A stretch of 64,000 nucleotides of DNA. It comes from an uncultured Acidobacteriota bacterium. GTDB lineage: Bacteria > Acidobacteriota > Thermoanaerobaculia > Gp7-AA8. The stretch spans positions 5,100 to 69,099 of the forward strand of contig CALMZP010000083.1 in NCBI GenBank assembly GCA_937870635.1, in the 5' to 3' direction. Positions 1 to 9,955 of this stretch are shown here, in pieces. The notes beneath the pieces were generated by a model. That model had not been told where the DNA came from. It saw nothing but the letters and a program-made list of their open reading frames with translations, and did not search any database. A program made the position numbers and the translations under genes. Within the stretch, counting starts at the first letter, position 1. Every line of letters starts with the position of its first letter.

Positions 1-485
1 ACGATGATCGTCGTCAGAGCGATGGCGATCGCCAGAACCAGGGACATGTCGGCGCGCCCGAGGGTGCGCGTACGGTAATTCGTGAAGAGATGCGCGAAGC
101 CGCGTGCTACGAGCGGAATCGCCTTGCCCCAGTTCTGCTGGTCCGCGGCGCGATCCGCCAGCGCGAACGTGACGGCAGAGTTTCTGGAATCCAGCGCGGC
201 CGCGGCATCCGTTGCCCACTTCGCGAGATCAGCGTTTCCTTCGCGCGAGGCGCGATTTCCCATCGACGCCGCTGCCGATGCGTACACGGGAAACGTCTTC
301 AGGCCGTAGGCGCGTCCAGCCGTCACGAGCTCGCCAACTTTGGTCGCACCGCTCTCGAGATCACCGTCGCGGGCCGAGTTCGTGGCCTGTGGCCAGATGT
401 CCCGCGGAGGCAGCTCTTCGGCGTTCACCGCGGAAGCGGCGAGCGCGAGGATTGTGAGCACTGTCGCGATGAGGCGCGCTCTCAT
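1..485 (-). CDS. Exported/membrane protein, probably helical-repeat (TPR-like); 3' end outside window
   Basis: Read manually: ATG at 485 directly after the stop of the 486..965 gene; MRARLIATVLTILALAASAVNA signal peptide, then Ala-rich helical sequence running towards the window edge. Confidence 0.6.
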   Translation of the reverse strand, partial: MRARLIATVLTILALAASAVNAEELPPRDIWPQATNSARDGDLESGATKVGELVTAGRAYGLKTFPVYASAAASMGNRASREGNADLAKWATDAAAALDSRNSAVTFALADRAADQQNWGKAIPLVARGFAHLFTNYRTRTLGRADMSLVLAIAIALTTII

Positions 486-965
486 CTAGATGCTCTTCGT
501 CCGTTTCACGAACGCCAACTTCAGTTCTCCGATGTGCGTGTTCAAGAAATCGTCTTCGTCGGGTGTGAGGTTGCCGGCCGTCTTCTCCTGAAGCAGTGTG
601 AGGATGTCGATCATCTGCCGCGCCGCTGCCACGTCGGGCTTGGCCTGCGGCGCGTAAGGGTTCGAGAGCATCCCGAGACTCATGTAGGCCTGGGCGATCA
701 ATGGCTCGACAAAATTGGCGAACGGAGTTCCAGGACTCGCCGCTTTCTCCGCCACGGATCGACGGCGATCATGCTGCCCCTCGGGCTGTGGCCGCTGCTC
801 GGTCCGCCGCTCCACCGGCGGAGCAGGGGCTGCCGCGGGCGCCGGGCCCGGAGCTGACGCCTTGATCTGTTCACGGAACTCCTCCCGGATCTCCCCTTCG
901 GAAGTGAAGATGCGTTTGTCCGTGACCTTGATGTGTTCCCTCTGCGGTTGCGATTCCTTGGGCAA
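486..965 (-). CDS. DUF1844-family protein
   Basis: IKVTDKRIF N-terminus; C-terminal ARQMIDILTLLQEKTAGNLTPDE...LKLAFV typical of DUF1844. Confidence 0.8.
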   Translation of the reverse strand: MPKESQPQREHIKVTDKRIFTSEGEIREEFREQIKASAPGPAPAAAPAPPVERRTEQRPQPEGQHDRRRSVAEKAASPGTPFANFVEPLIAQAYMSLGMLSNPYAPQAKPDVAAARQMIDILTLLQEKTAGNLTPDEDDFLNTHIGELKLAFVKRTKSI

Positions 966-1146
966 ACCAGCCTCCGCCCATCCCGATGTCGTGTGTAATC
1001 AAGGATTTGGGATATTACCACGCAACTAAGCAATCTTCGAAATGACCAAACGACGCCGTCGGCCCGCCGAATCCGGCAGTCGCGATGTTCCCGTGGGGCG
1101 GAACGATACTGCAACGCGGAAGAGTTTGGCTACCGGCCTCTGAGCC

Positions 1147-1181
1147 TGGACCTTGGACTTTGGACCTTGGACCTTGGGATC
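1147..1181. repeat. 7-bp tandem repeat (TGGACCT)n, single arm
   Basis: tggacct tggactt tggacct tggacct tgggatc. Confidence 0.85.
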
Positions 1182-1233
1182 GGGGACGCATGGACCTGAG
1201 GTTAGGCATCGCATCAGGCTAAGATCGCGCGCC

Positions 1234-2355
1234 GTGCGCATTTTCCAGGTCCTCGAGTTCAACCAGTTCACCACCGGTTCGGTCCACCAGATGTTCCAGG
1301 CTGCCGCCGGCCTTCGCGAGCACGGCCATGACGTGACGATCATTACGAGGCCCGGCAAAGTCATGGAGGAGAAGGCTGCGTTGCATGGTGTGGGATTTCG
1401 CGCGCTTCCGATGCGGCATCAATTCGACCTGGCAAGCATTGGCGGCCTGCGGCGCCTCATCGGCGATCTGCGGCCCGACGTCATCCACGTCCACAAGGGG
1501 ATCGCCCATGCGCTGGCACTCGCGGCGACGCTGCGCGATCCGGAGCCCGCATTCGTGGTGAACCGGGGCGTCTCGTTTCCGCTCGACATCTGGAATCGCG
1601 GGAAGTACCGGACGTCGCGGGTCGATCGGATCGTTGCCGTCTGCAGGCAGGTGAAGGACGTCGTTGTGGCCAGCGGCAGGCTGCCCCCGGAGAAGGTGGA
1701 AGTCATCTACGCAGGGACCGACGTCACGCTGTTCGATCCTGCGCGTCACGACCGCCGCGCGTTCCGCCGGGAGAAATCGATTGCCGAGGACAGGTTTCTC
1801 ATCGCGCAGGTGGGCATTCGCGACTGGAAGGGATGGCGGGAAGTGATCGACGCGGTCGCCGAGATCGCGCCGGTCCACGATCGAGTGCACGTCGCACTCA
1901 TCGGCAATCTCACGCGCGTTGCAGAGCTGAGACAGTACGCGGAAGAACGCGGCGTCGCCGGCCGCGTGACGCCCGTGGAATATCGAATGGACATGCCGAA
2001 TGTCTTCGCGTCGTGCGATCTGGTCGTCGACGCCTCGTGGGCAGGCACAGGCGTGACGGGGACGATTCGCGAGGCGATGGCAATGCAAAAGCCCGTCATC
2101 GCGACGAACGCCGGCGGAAACGACGAGCTGCTGTCCACTCCCGAAGTCGGATGGCTCGTGCCGGTGCGCGATCACGCCGCGCTGACGCGCGCGATTACAG
2201 AGGTCATCGAAAATCCCGACCGCGCTGCCGCAGTGGGGAAGAACGCGCGCAAGCACGTCGTGGAAGGCTTCTCGAAGGAGCGCCGGATCACGCGCCTGCA
2301 GGATCTGTACGGGGAGATTCTGGAGGCGAAACGCCGGGCTCGAGCAGATCGATAG
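1234..2355 (+). CDS. GT4 family glycosyltransferase
   Basis: GTG start at 1234 (VRIFQV); GHDVTII, PDVIHVH, EAMAMQKPVIATNAGG GT-B motifs. The ORF extension upstream only translates repeat DNA. Confidence 0.9.
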   Translation: MRIFQVLEFNQFTTGSVHQMFQAAAGLREHGHDVTIITRPGKVMEEKAALHGVGFRALPMRHQFDLASIGGLRRLIGDLRPDVIHVHKGIAHALALAATLRDPEPAFVVNRGVSFPLDIWNRGKYRTSRVDRIVAVCRQVKDVVVASGRLPPEKVEVIYAGTDVTLFDPARHDRRAFRREKSIAEDRFLIAQVGIRDWKGWREVIDAVAEIAPVHDRVHVALIGNLTRVAELRQYAEERGVAGRVTPVEYRMDMPNVFASCDLVVDASWAGTGVTGTIREAMAMQKPVIATNAGGNDELLSTPEVGWLVPVRDHAALTRAITEVIENPDRAAAVGKNARKHVVEGFSKERRITRLQDLYGEILEAKRRARADR

Positions 2356-2782
2356 GATCGCCGCTCCCGGTCTCGACTGACATGCGCGTGTAGGTCCAGC
2401 GGCCTTCCTTCGCTGAACCTTCGACGGCGATGAATCCGTCGCCTTTCGGTCCCGAGATCGGGATCTTGAAGTCCGCTGCACCCTCGTTGCTCAGGTCGAC
2501 GCTTCCGGTAAGCCACCATCGCGGTTGGATGGGCGTTCCCAGACGCTCGACGACAGCCGGATTGGCTCGTGCGCGTTCGAGCGCTTCGCTGTATGGCTCG
2601 CTGGACCGGATCGCCGAGACGGCAAACCAGGCGATGCCGGCCACACAGCCGCCGAAAAGGATGATGGGCAGGAGACATCCCACCGGTACAACCCACTTCC
2701 AGTTGCGCGACCACCAGCCGCCGCGAGGAGGCGGAGGGGGAGGCGACATCGGGGACTGAGGTTTCGTGTAGTCGATCGTCAT
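2288..2782 (-). CDS. Coa1-like (cytochrome c oxidase assembly factor 1 family) membrane protein
   Basis: WWSRNWKWVVPVGCL, TM helix, ALERARANPAVVERLGTPI, IPISGPKGDG pattern. Confidence 0.75.
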   Translation of the reverse strand: MTIDYTKPQSPMSPPPPPPRGGWWSRNWKWVVPVGCLLPIILFGGCVAGIAWFAVSAIRSSEPYSEALERARANPAVVERLGTPIQPRWWLTGSVDLSNEGAADFKIPISGPKGDGFIAVEGSAKEGRWTYTRMSVETGSGDPIDLLEPGVSPPESPRTDPAGA

Positions 2783-2808
2783 GATGTTTCCCGGTGAATT
2801 CGCAACTG

Positions 2809-2909
2809 TGTCATCTCGAGCGTGAGCGAGGGACCTGGGGGTGGGAGGTACGAACGTCGTGCCTCGTGCCACCCGTTCCCCCAGGTCCCTCGCTCACGTC
2901 GGGATGACG
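2809..2909. repeat. CGTC/TGTC-tagged REP-like palindromic element
   Basis: tgtcatctcgagcgtgagcgagggacctgggg ... ccccaggtccctcgctcacgtcgggatgacg inverted arms; right arm recurs near 61290-61325. Confidence 0.85.
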
Positions 2910-2922
2910 GGCTTTCTAAGCG

Positions 2923-3870
2923 TTATGCGCCCTCTGCCAGGGCCACCACATGTTCCGCCACACTGGAGGCCAGACCTTCCATATCGTAACCCCCTTCCAG
3001 CAGAGAGAGGACGCGCCCGTCGCAATGACGCTCGGCCGCCTCGACGATGCGGCGCGTGATCTCTCCGTAGGCGTGCTCGGTGACTTTCATGCCGCCGAGC
3101 GGATCGCGGCGGTGGGCGTCGAAGCCGGAAGAAAGAAGGATCGCGTTCGGACGGAAATGGTCGATGACGCGCACGATGCGATCCTCTACGGCGCGCATGT
3201 ATGCCGTGTCACCTTCGCCTTCCTCCATTGGAAGGTTCAGCGTGAAACCCCGTCCCGATCCGGTTCCGATCTCATCGGCACCTCCCGTTCCGGGATAGAA
3301 CGGGTAGCGGTGCATCGAAGCGTAAAACACGTCCTGGCGCTCTTCGAACAGCGACTGAGTGCCGTTGCCGTGGTGAACGTCGAAGTCGAAGACGAACACG
3401 CGCTCGATCCCTTCGATCTCGCGCAGCCATTCCGCGACGCAGGCCACGGTGTTGAAGAAACAGAATCCCATCGCCCGCGAGCGCTCCGCGTGGTGTCCGG
3501 GCGGACGCGCAACGATGAACGCTCGTTTCGACGCCTTCCTCTCCCAGATGTCTTCGGCCGCTGCAATCGAGGTGGCGACCGCCGCGCGCGCCGCGGCGAA
3601 CGTCGCCGAGGAGATGGGATTGTCGAGCGAATGGAAGAGGCGCATGCCGCCGCGGCACGCCTCGTCGAGTTCGCGCTCGTAATCGCGTGAATGGGTCTTC
3701 GCGATGATCCGGCCGCTGTCGGGGTGAATGTCGATGTCGCGGATCAGGGTTCCGGTCTGCCCCGCTCGGCCGACGCCGCTCAGTGCCGCGTCGAGGCGGG
3801 TCGCCGACTCGGGATGTCCGATTCCGGTATCGTGTCGATAGAACACGCTGTTGGTGTAGGTCTTGAGCAT
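2923..3870 (-). CDS. Histone deacetylase-family (AcuC/HdaH-like) amidohydrolase
   Basis: GHPES, RPPGHHA, GFCFFN, DFDVHHGNGTQ, SSGFDAH, LEGGY motifs; start MLKTY at 3870. Confidence 0.95.
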   Translation of the reverse strand: MLKTYTNSVFYRHDTGIGHPESATRLDAALSGVGRAGQTGTLIRDIDIHPDSGRIIAKTHSRDYERELDEACRGGMRLFHSLDNPISSATFAAARAAVATSIAAAEDIWERKASKRAFIVARPPGHHAERSRAMGFCFFNTVACVAEWLREIEGIERVFVFDFDVHHGNGTQSLFEERQDVFYASMHRYPFYPGTGGADEIGTGSGRGFTLNLPMEEGEGDTAYMRAVEDRIVRVIDHFRPNAILLSSGFDAHRRDPLGGMKVTEHAYGEITRRIVEAAERHCDGRVLSLLEGGYDMEGLASSVAEHVVALAEGA

Positions 3871-3885
3871 CACTGATCGCTGATC

Positions 3886-4938
3886 GTGAAGAAAACAAAA
3901 CAACCCTGGAAGCGCTTCCTGCAGATTAGCGCGATCGCGGCTCTGACGATTTTTTTCCTGTGGCTGTTCCTGCGGAACGCGAACCTGCGGGAGGTCTGGC
4001 AGATCATCCGGAAAACGAGCGTGTTCTGGCTGTCGGTCGCCCTCGTCACGAATCTCGCGGCGCTTTTCTTCCGTACGTTCCGGTGGCGGATCATCCTCGA
4101 TCCGGATGACCCTCCGCCGTTCTATCCGACGTTCTTTGCGAACACCGTCGGGTACATGCTCTCCACGATTCTTCCCATCCGTGCCGCCGATGTGGCGCGT
4201 CCCGCGCTTCTGGCGCGGCGCACCACGCATCGATTCTCGGGCGCACTGGGCACGGTGCTGACCGAGCGGGTCCTCGATCTCTGTACGATCCTCCTTCTCT
4301 TCGTCTATTTCGCGGCGAGGCGGTGGAACGAGTTCTCGCACGATCCGGAGACTGCCCGGTGGTTCTTCGTCGTCAAGGCCGGCGCAATTGCGTCGGGCGT
4401 GCTTCTCACCGCGATGACTGTGCTGCTGGTCGGGGTGTTCTTCTTCCGGGAAAACATCCGGCGCGTGCACGCGATCCTCGGCCGCCTGATTCCGCATCGG
4501 TTTCGCGAATCGTGGATGCACTTCTTCGATTCCTTTGCGGCGACGTTGACGATCGCCAGCCACCGGTCGGCATTCGTCAAAGTGCTGTTGTGCACGGCAG
4601 GTATCTGGGGTTGTCTCACCGGACAGTTCTATTTCACCGTGCGGGCGCTCGACAGGCCGCTGCCGTGGGACGCGAGCATCTTCGTGACCGGCGTGACGAC
4701 CGTCGGTCTGGCCATCCCGACACCGGGCGGTGTCGGAGGGTTTCACAAGGCCTGTCAGCTCGTTCTGACGCGCTTCTATGCGTTCGACATCGACCTGTCC
4801 GTCGCCACGGCGGTGCTGTTCCACGTCGTCGGCACGGCGCCGGTCATCATCACCGGCCTCCTGCTTTTTGCCAGGGAAGGTCTCCGCTGGAGGGATGTGA
4901 CGCGCAGCGTGGAGACGACCGCCGAAACCGACGTGTGA
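3886..4938 (+). CDS. Lysylphosphatidylglycerol synthase TM-domain / flippase-like (UPF0104) membrane protein
   Basis: RTFRWRIIL, ERVLD, PTPGGVGGFH motifs; multiple TM helices. Confidence 0.85.
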   Translation: MKKTKQPWKRFLQISAIAALTIFFLWLFLRNANLREVWQIIRKTSVFWLSVALVTNLAALFFRTFRWRIILDPDDPPPFYPTFFANTVGYMLSTILPIRAADVARPALLARRTTHRFSGALGTVLTERVLDLCTILLLFVYFAARRWNEFSHDPETARWFFVVKAGAIASGVLLTAMTVLLVGVFFFRENIRRVHAILGRLIPHRFRESWMHFFDSFAATLTIASHRSAFVKVLLCTAGIWGCLTGQFYFTVRALDRPLPWDASIFVTGVTTVGLAIPTPGGVGGFHKACQLVLTRFYAFDIDLSVATAVLFHVVGTAPVIITGLLLFAREGLRWRDVTRSVETTAETDV

Positions 4939-4973
4939 GCGGCGCGCACACGAGGCTGTGATATACGGGCGCC

Positions 4974-5420
4974 ATGCGTTGCCCGTTCTGCGGGACTACG
5001 GAGGATCGGGTGGTCGACTCGCGGGAGAGCCGCGAGGGCGACGTCATTCGCCGTCGGCGGGAGTGCACGTCGTGCGGGCGCCGTTTCACCAGCTACGAGA
5101 AGATCGAGCAGCTGCCGTTTCAGGTCATCAAGCGCGACCAGCGCCGCGAGCCGTACGATCGGGACAAGCTGATGCGCGGACTGCAGGTTGCGTGTCGAAA
5201 ACGAGCCATCTCGCAGGCGGATCTGGACCGGATCGCCGACGCCATCGAGGCAGGCATGCAGGAGTCGGGAGAGCGGGAGATCGCCAGCCAGAACATCGGC
5301 CGCAGCGTGATGGAGAAGCTGAAGGATCTCGATCCGGTCGCGTATGTCAGGTTTGCCTCCGTTTACCGCGGGTTCGAGGATGTCGACGCGTTCGTGAAAG
5401 AGTTGCATCAACTGAAATGA
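4974..5420 (+). CDS. nrdR: Transcriptional repressor NrdR
   Basis: MRCPFC...VVDSR...IRRRRECxxCGRRFTSYE zinc ribbon, ATP cone, VAYVRFASVYR. Confidence 0.97.
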   Translation: MRCPFCGTTEDRVVDSRESREGDVIRRRRECTSCGRRFTSYEKIEQLPFQVIKRDQRREPYDRDKLMRGLQVACRKRAISQADLDRIADAIEAGMQESGEREIASQNIGRSVMEKLKDLDPVAYVRFASVYRGFEDVDAFVKELHQLK

Positions 5421-5484
5421 GAGCCAATCCCGGGAACAGCCGTTGCAGGGATTGCCACATGGTCCCTTTCCTTGTGAGGTCGAA

Positions 5485-7950
5485 ATGACTGACGCGAACG
5501 AAACCGCGAAAGAAGAGGCAATCAAGATCCCCGACGTGCTTCCGGTCCTTCCGCTGAAGGACCTGGTGATCTTTCCGTTCATCATCGTGCCGCTGTCCGT
5601 GTCGCGGGAGAAGTCGATCAACGCCGTGGACCAGGCGCTCGCCGAAAACCGCGTGATCATGCTGACCGCGCAGAAGGACTTCCAGAACGAGGATCCGGGA
5701 GAGGAGGATCTCTATCGGGTCGGAACCGTCGCCATCATCATGCGGATGCTCAAGCTGCCCGACGGGCGCATTCGCATCCTCGTCCAGGGTCTGTCGCGCG
5801 CACGCATCGATTACTTCATCCAGACCGCGCCGTTCTTCAAGGCGAAGATCACCCGGATCGAGGAGCCGATCACCAAGGATCGTCCGCTGGAAGTGGAAGC
5901 TCTGATCCGCTCCGTGAAGCAGAACCTCGATCGTGCCGTCTCTCTCGGCAAGAACATCTCGCCGGAAGTGATGGTCATCGCCGCGAATCTCGACGATCCG
6001 GCGCGCCTCACCGACCTCGCTGCATCGAATCTCGATCTCAAGCTCGAAGAGGCGCAATCGATCCTCGAGACCATCGATCCGATCGAGCGCCTCAAGCGCG
6101 TGAACGAAATGCTGACGCGTGAGATCAACCTCCTCACGATGCAGCAGGAGATCTCCACCGCCGCCCAGGGCGAGATGAACAAGAGTCAGCGCGAATACTT
6201 CCTGCGCCAGCAGCTCAAAGCCATCCAGTCCGAGCTGGGCGAAGGCGAAGAGCTGGCCGAAGAGGTCGAGAACTATCGCAAGAAGATCGAGGAAAAGCAG
6301 ATCCCGCAGGAAGCGCGCGAGGAAGTCGAGAAGCAGATCAAGCGTCTGGAGCGCTCGCATCCCGATTCAGCAGAGACGTCGATCATCCGCACGTACCTCG
6401 ACTGGATGACCGGTCTGCCGTGGGGAGTTCATTCGCAGGACAACCACGATCTGGCCCGCGCCCGCGAGATCCTCGACGAAGACCACTACGACCTCGAGAA
6501 GATCAAGGAGCGCATCCTCGAGTATCTCGCCGTGCGCAAGCTCAAAGGCACGAAGATGAAGGGGCCCATCCTCTGCTTCGTCGGCCCCCCTGGTGTCGGA
6601 AAGACGTCGCTGGGACGCTCCATCGCCCGCGCCCTCGACCGCAAATTCGTCCGCATCTCCCTCGGTGGCGTGCGTGACGAAGCGGAAGTGCGCGGACACC
6701 GCCGCACCTACGTCGGCGCCCTGCCCGGCCGCATCATCCAGGGCATCAATCAGGCGCAGACCGGAAACCCCGTCTTCATGCTGGACGAGGTGGACAAGAT
6801 CGGCGCGGACTATCGCGGCGATCCTTCATCGGCTCTGCTCGAAGTCCTCGATCCCGAGCAGAACTTCTCATTCCGCGACCACTATCTCGGCGTTCCGTAC
6901 GACCTGTCGAACGTCATGTTCATCGTCACGGCGAACGTGCTCGACACCATTCAGCCGGCGTTTCTCGACCGCATGGAAGTCATCCGCCTCTCCGGCTACA
7001 CCGATGAAGAGAAGCTGATGATCGCCAAGCAGCACATCATCCCGAAGCAGATGGAAGAGAACGGCATCAGCAAGGTCGATGTGGTGTGGACCGACTCCGG
7101 AATCATGCGCATCACCACCGGCTATACGAAGGAAGCCGGGCTGCGAAACCTCGAGCGCGAGATCGGCACCGTCTGCCGCAAGATCGCCGTTCGCGTTGCA
7201 GAGGGGAAGGACGACAAGACCTACAAGATCACCGACGCCAACGTCGACCAGTTCCTCGGCCCCATGAAGCATTTCGCCGAAGAGCTGCTCGAGCGCGATC
7301 AGGTCGGCGTGGCCACGGGCCTCGCCTGGACGGCCGTCGGCGGCGACATCCTCTTCATCGAAGTCACGGCCGTGCGCGGCAAGGGCAAGTTGTCACTGAC
7401 CGGCCAGCTCGGCGACGTGATGAAAGAGTCGGCGCAGGCCGCACTGACCTACGCGCGCGCTCATGCCGACGAGAACGGAATTCCGCCGGACTATTTCGAG
7501 ACGCACGACATCCACATTCACGTGCCCGCGGGCGCCATTCCGAAGGATGGCCCCTCCGCCGGCATCACGATCACGACGGCCATCATCTCCGTTCTGACGG
7601 GACACCCGGTCCGGCGCAACGTGGCCATGACCGGCGAGGTCACGTTGCGCGGCGATGTTCTCCCGATCGGCGGGGTGAAGGAAAAGGTCCTCGCCGCTCG
7701 CGCGGCGAAGATCGCCACCGTCATCCTGCCGAAGCTCAACGAGCGCGATCTCGTCGACGTTCCAGAGCCGATCAAACGCGACATGACGTTCTACTTCGTC
7801 GAGCACGTCGAGGACGTACTGAAGATCGCGTTGCTAGAGCCGACGGCCGCCGAACAGAAGACGACCGAGCGTCAGGGACGAGAGTCGAAACCGCTCGCCA
7901 CGCCGGAAGCTCCGTCCGAGCACCCGGTGCCGGTCGGTCAGCCCGGATAG
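5485..7950 (+). CDS. lon: ATP-dependent Lon protease
   Basis: LON N-domain, GPPGVGKTS Walker A, HRRTYVGALPGRI, PKDGPSAG catalytic Ser; ATG at 5485 after GAGG. Confidence 0.97.
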   Translation: MTDANETAKEEAIKIPDVLPVLPLKDLVIFPFIIVPLSVSREKSINAVDQALAENRVIMLTAQKDFQNEDPGEEDLYRVGTVAIIMRMLKLPDGRIRILVQGLSRARIDYFIQTAPFFKAKITRIEEPITKDRPLEVEALIRSVKQNLDRAVSLGKNISPEVMVIAANLDDPARLTDLAASNLDLKLEEAQSILETIDPIERLKRVNEMLTREINLLTMQQEISTAAQGEMNKSQREYFLRQQLKAIQSELGEGEELAEEVENYRKKIEEKQIPQEAREEVEKQIKRLERSHPDSAETSIIRTYLDWMTGLPWGVHSQDNHDLARAREILDEDHYDLEKIKERILEYLAVRKLKGTKMKGPILCFVGPPGVGKTSLGRSIARALDRKFVRISLGGVRDEAEVRGHRRTYVGALPGRIIQGINQAQTGNPVFMLDEVDKIGADYRGDPSSALLEVLDPEQNFSFRDHYLGVPYDLSNVMFIVTANVLDTIQPAFLDRMEVIRLSGYTDEEKLMIAKQHIIPKQMEENGISKVDVVWTDSGIMRITTGYTKEAGLRNLEREIGTVCRKIAVRVAEGKDDKTYKITDANVDQFLGPMKHFAEELLERDQVGVATGLAWTAVGGDILFIEVTAVRGKGKLSLTGQLGDVMKESAQAALTYARAHADENGIPPDYFETHDIHIHVPAGAIPKDGPSAGITITTAIISVLTGHPVRRNVAMTGEVTLRGDVLPIGGVKEKVLAARAAKIATVILPKLNERDLVDVPEPIKRDMTFYFVEHVEDVLKIALLEPTAAEQKTTERQGRESKPLATPEAPSEHPVPVGQPG

Positions 7951-8016
7951 TGGAGAGCGGGCGATCCCGCCCCCGTTCCTGATAAGGAAAGTGGAGCGCG
8001 GGCGGCCTCGCCCGCG
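7950..8016. repeat. Two GTGG-tagged REP-like hairpins between convergent genes
   Basis: gtggagagcgggcgatcccgccc and gtggagcgcgggcggcctcgcccgcg. Confidence 0.7.
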
Positions 8017-8019
8017 TTC

Positions 8020-8613
8020 CTATCCGCGCGGGGAGATCGCTCGCTGTGCGAACGGCAGCATCGCCGCTGCCAGCGCAATCTTCACCACGTCCGCGAGAAT
8101 GAACGGCGCGACGCCGGCGACGAATGCGGTGCGCCCGTCGGTGAGTGCCGCGAACCAGCTCCACCCGCCGGCATAGACCACGGCCAGCGCGATCAGCATT
8201 CCCGTCACCGCGCGCATTGCCGAGCTTCCCCATCCGCGCTCCGAGAACCACCCGGCGATGAAGGCCGCGAAGGGATAGGAGAAGAGATATCCGGCCGTCG
8301 GTCCGGCCAGCCACATCGCTCCGCCGCGTCCCATCGCGAACACAGGCAAGCCGCTCGCGCCCTCCAGAAGATAGAGGACCGCCGCGGCCGCTCCGCGGCT
8401 GGCTCCCAGAACCACACCGACCAGGAGGACGGCGATGGGCTGCAGAGTGAGCGGAACCGGTGAGAACGGCACCGGTATTGAAACCTGTGCGGCGATGGCG
8501 ATCAGCGCAGATCCTGCGAGGACGAAGAGGGCGTCGAAAGCGACGCGTCCGCGAACCAGGCGCTCATTCAGTGTGTACGGGATCGTCAGTGCTCGATTCA
8601 TGGAGCAAAGCAT
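8020..8613 (-). CDS. bioY: Biotin transporter BioY
   Basis: PVPLTLQ, YLLEGASGLPVFA, GPTAGYL, PFILADVVK motifs. Confidence 0.93.
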   Translation of the reverse strand: MLCSMNRALTIPYTLNERLVRGRVAFDALFVLAGSALIAIAAQVSIPVPFSPVPLTLQPIAVLLVGVVLGASRGAAAAVLYLLEGASGLPVFAMGRGGAMWLAGPTAGYLFSYPFAAFIAGWFSERGWGSSAMRAVTGMLIALAVVYAGGWSWFAALTDGRTAFVAGVAPFILADVVKIALAAAMLPFAQRAISPRG

Positions 8614-8640
8614 AACCTCTTTGGTTCGTCGCGAGGTAGA

Positions 8641-9249
8641 GTGACCGTGATGACGAGAAGCCCCCTGCTTTCTGGCCTTTGCCTGCTGCTGACGGCGGTC
8701 GTCCTCGCTTCGTGCGACCCCGGAACGCTGACCGCTGAGAAGGCGGAAAGCATCCTCCGCGTCAAGGAGCTCCGCCCCGAGCCCGTCTACGCCGAGGTGC
8801 CGCAACGCGTCTGGTGGAATGCGAAGGCGCCGAGGGACGACTACGACGGGAAGGCACTCAAGACTCTGCGGAATCTCGAGGCAGCCGGCCTGCTCACCGT
8901 CACCGGCGGCGAAAACCCCGATGGCTCAGCTGAGTATCGCGCGAAGGTCACGGAGAAGGGTTTCCGCATTCTCGGTACGTCGCCGAGCAATCGCGGCCCC
9001 GCTTTCCGGGCGCAGGTTGCGCTGAAGGTATACGACGGCATCCGGAACTTTCAGCGTCATCCCAACGAGAAGACCACCGGCAGCGCGGAGCTGATCTGGC
9101 ACTACGAGAAGCCGACTGCTCTCTATCCTCTCTTCGAGACGAAGATCAACAAGCCGCTCAACAAGCCGTTCATCTCCCAGGTCTCGTTCTTCTTCAAGGA
9201 CAACGCCTGGCGGTTTGACGTGACGGTGCCGAAGCTGGAAGCGGAGTAG
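8641..9249 (+). CDS. Hypothetical lipoprotein
   Basis: Hydrophobic leader ending LASC lipobox; typical codon usage. Confidence 0.65.
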   Translation: MTVMTRSPLLSGLCLLLTAVVLASCDPGTLTAEKAESILRVKELRPEPVYAEVPQRVWWNAKAPRDDYDGKALKTLRNLEAAGLLTVTGGENPDGSAEYRAKVTEKGFRILGTSPSNRGPAFRAQVALKVYDGIRNFQRHPNEKTTGSAELIWHYEKPTALYPLFETKINKPLNKPFISQVSFFFKDNAWRFDVTVPKLEAE

Positions 9250-9280
9250 CAGTCCAGCAGGCTTCGCTCAGGATAAACTT

Positions 9281-9955
9281 CTACCGTCGCATCCAGCGGA
9301 TGCCGCCGGCTCCCGCGATGACCGCTTCGGTCGCTTCGGTCGGAAAGAAGCCGGTCTCGACGACACCGGCGAGTGCGCGCATTTCGTCGACGACCTGGGC
9401 GATGTCCTTTGACGCCGGCACACGCACATCGAGGATGACGTTGCCTTCGTCTGTGATCCGCATCGAGCCGTCGCGCATCCGCAGGACGGGATCGAGTCCC
9501 ATCTCAGCGAAACGTTTCGTCAGCACTTCGCGGGCGAACGGCGTAACTTCCACCGGAAGAAGTCCCGCCCCCAGCCGCTCGACGATTTTCGATTCGTCGG
9601 CGATGACGATGAACCGCCGCGCCTGCTGCTCGACGATCTTCTCGCGCAGCAGAGCGCCGCCCCGCCCCTTGATGAGCCGCAGCTTCGCGTCGATCTCATC
9701 GGCACCGTCGACCGCGAGATCGAGCGGCGCCACATCGGCGAGCGCAAACATCGGAATGCCGGCTTCGCTCGCGACCTTTTCCGTCTGCTCGGATGTGGAT
9801 GTGCAGCGGATGTCCTTCAGCACCCCGTTCCGCATCGATTCACCGAGCAGCTTCACGAACTCCGACGCCGTCGTCCCCGTACCGAGGCCGAGGCGCATTC
9901 CGCTGCGGACTTGATCGAGCGCGGCGCGTGCCGCTGCCACTTTGAGATCGGACAT
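9281..9955 (-). CDS. rpiA: Ribose-5-phosphate isomerase A
   Basis: GLGTGTT, DGADEID, KGRGGALLREKIV, GVVETGFF. Confidence 0.96.
   Translation of the reverse strand: MSDLKVAAARAALDQVRSGMRLGLGTGTTASEFVKLLGESMRNGVLKDIRCTSTSEQTEKVASEAGIPMFALADVAPLDLAVDGADEIDAKLRLIKGRGGALLREKIVEQQARRFIVIADESKIVERLGAGLLPVEVTPFAREVLTKRFAEMGLDPVLRMRDGSMRITDEGNVILDVRVPASKDIAQVVDEMRALAGVVETGFFPTEATEAVIAGAGGIRWMRR

Noticed and set aside
966..1146. Intergenic hairpins as a riboswitch or sRNA
   Set aside because: Only short stems with no recognisable aptamer or terminator; explained as a divergent promoter region.
3871..4824. Long N-terminal extension of the deacetylase ORF (633 aa)
   Set aside because: Antisense shadow of the membrane gene 3886..4938; homology starts at MLKTY (3870).
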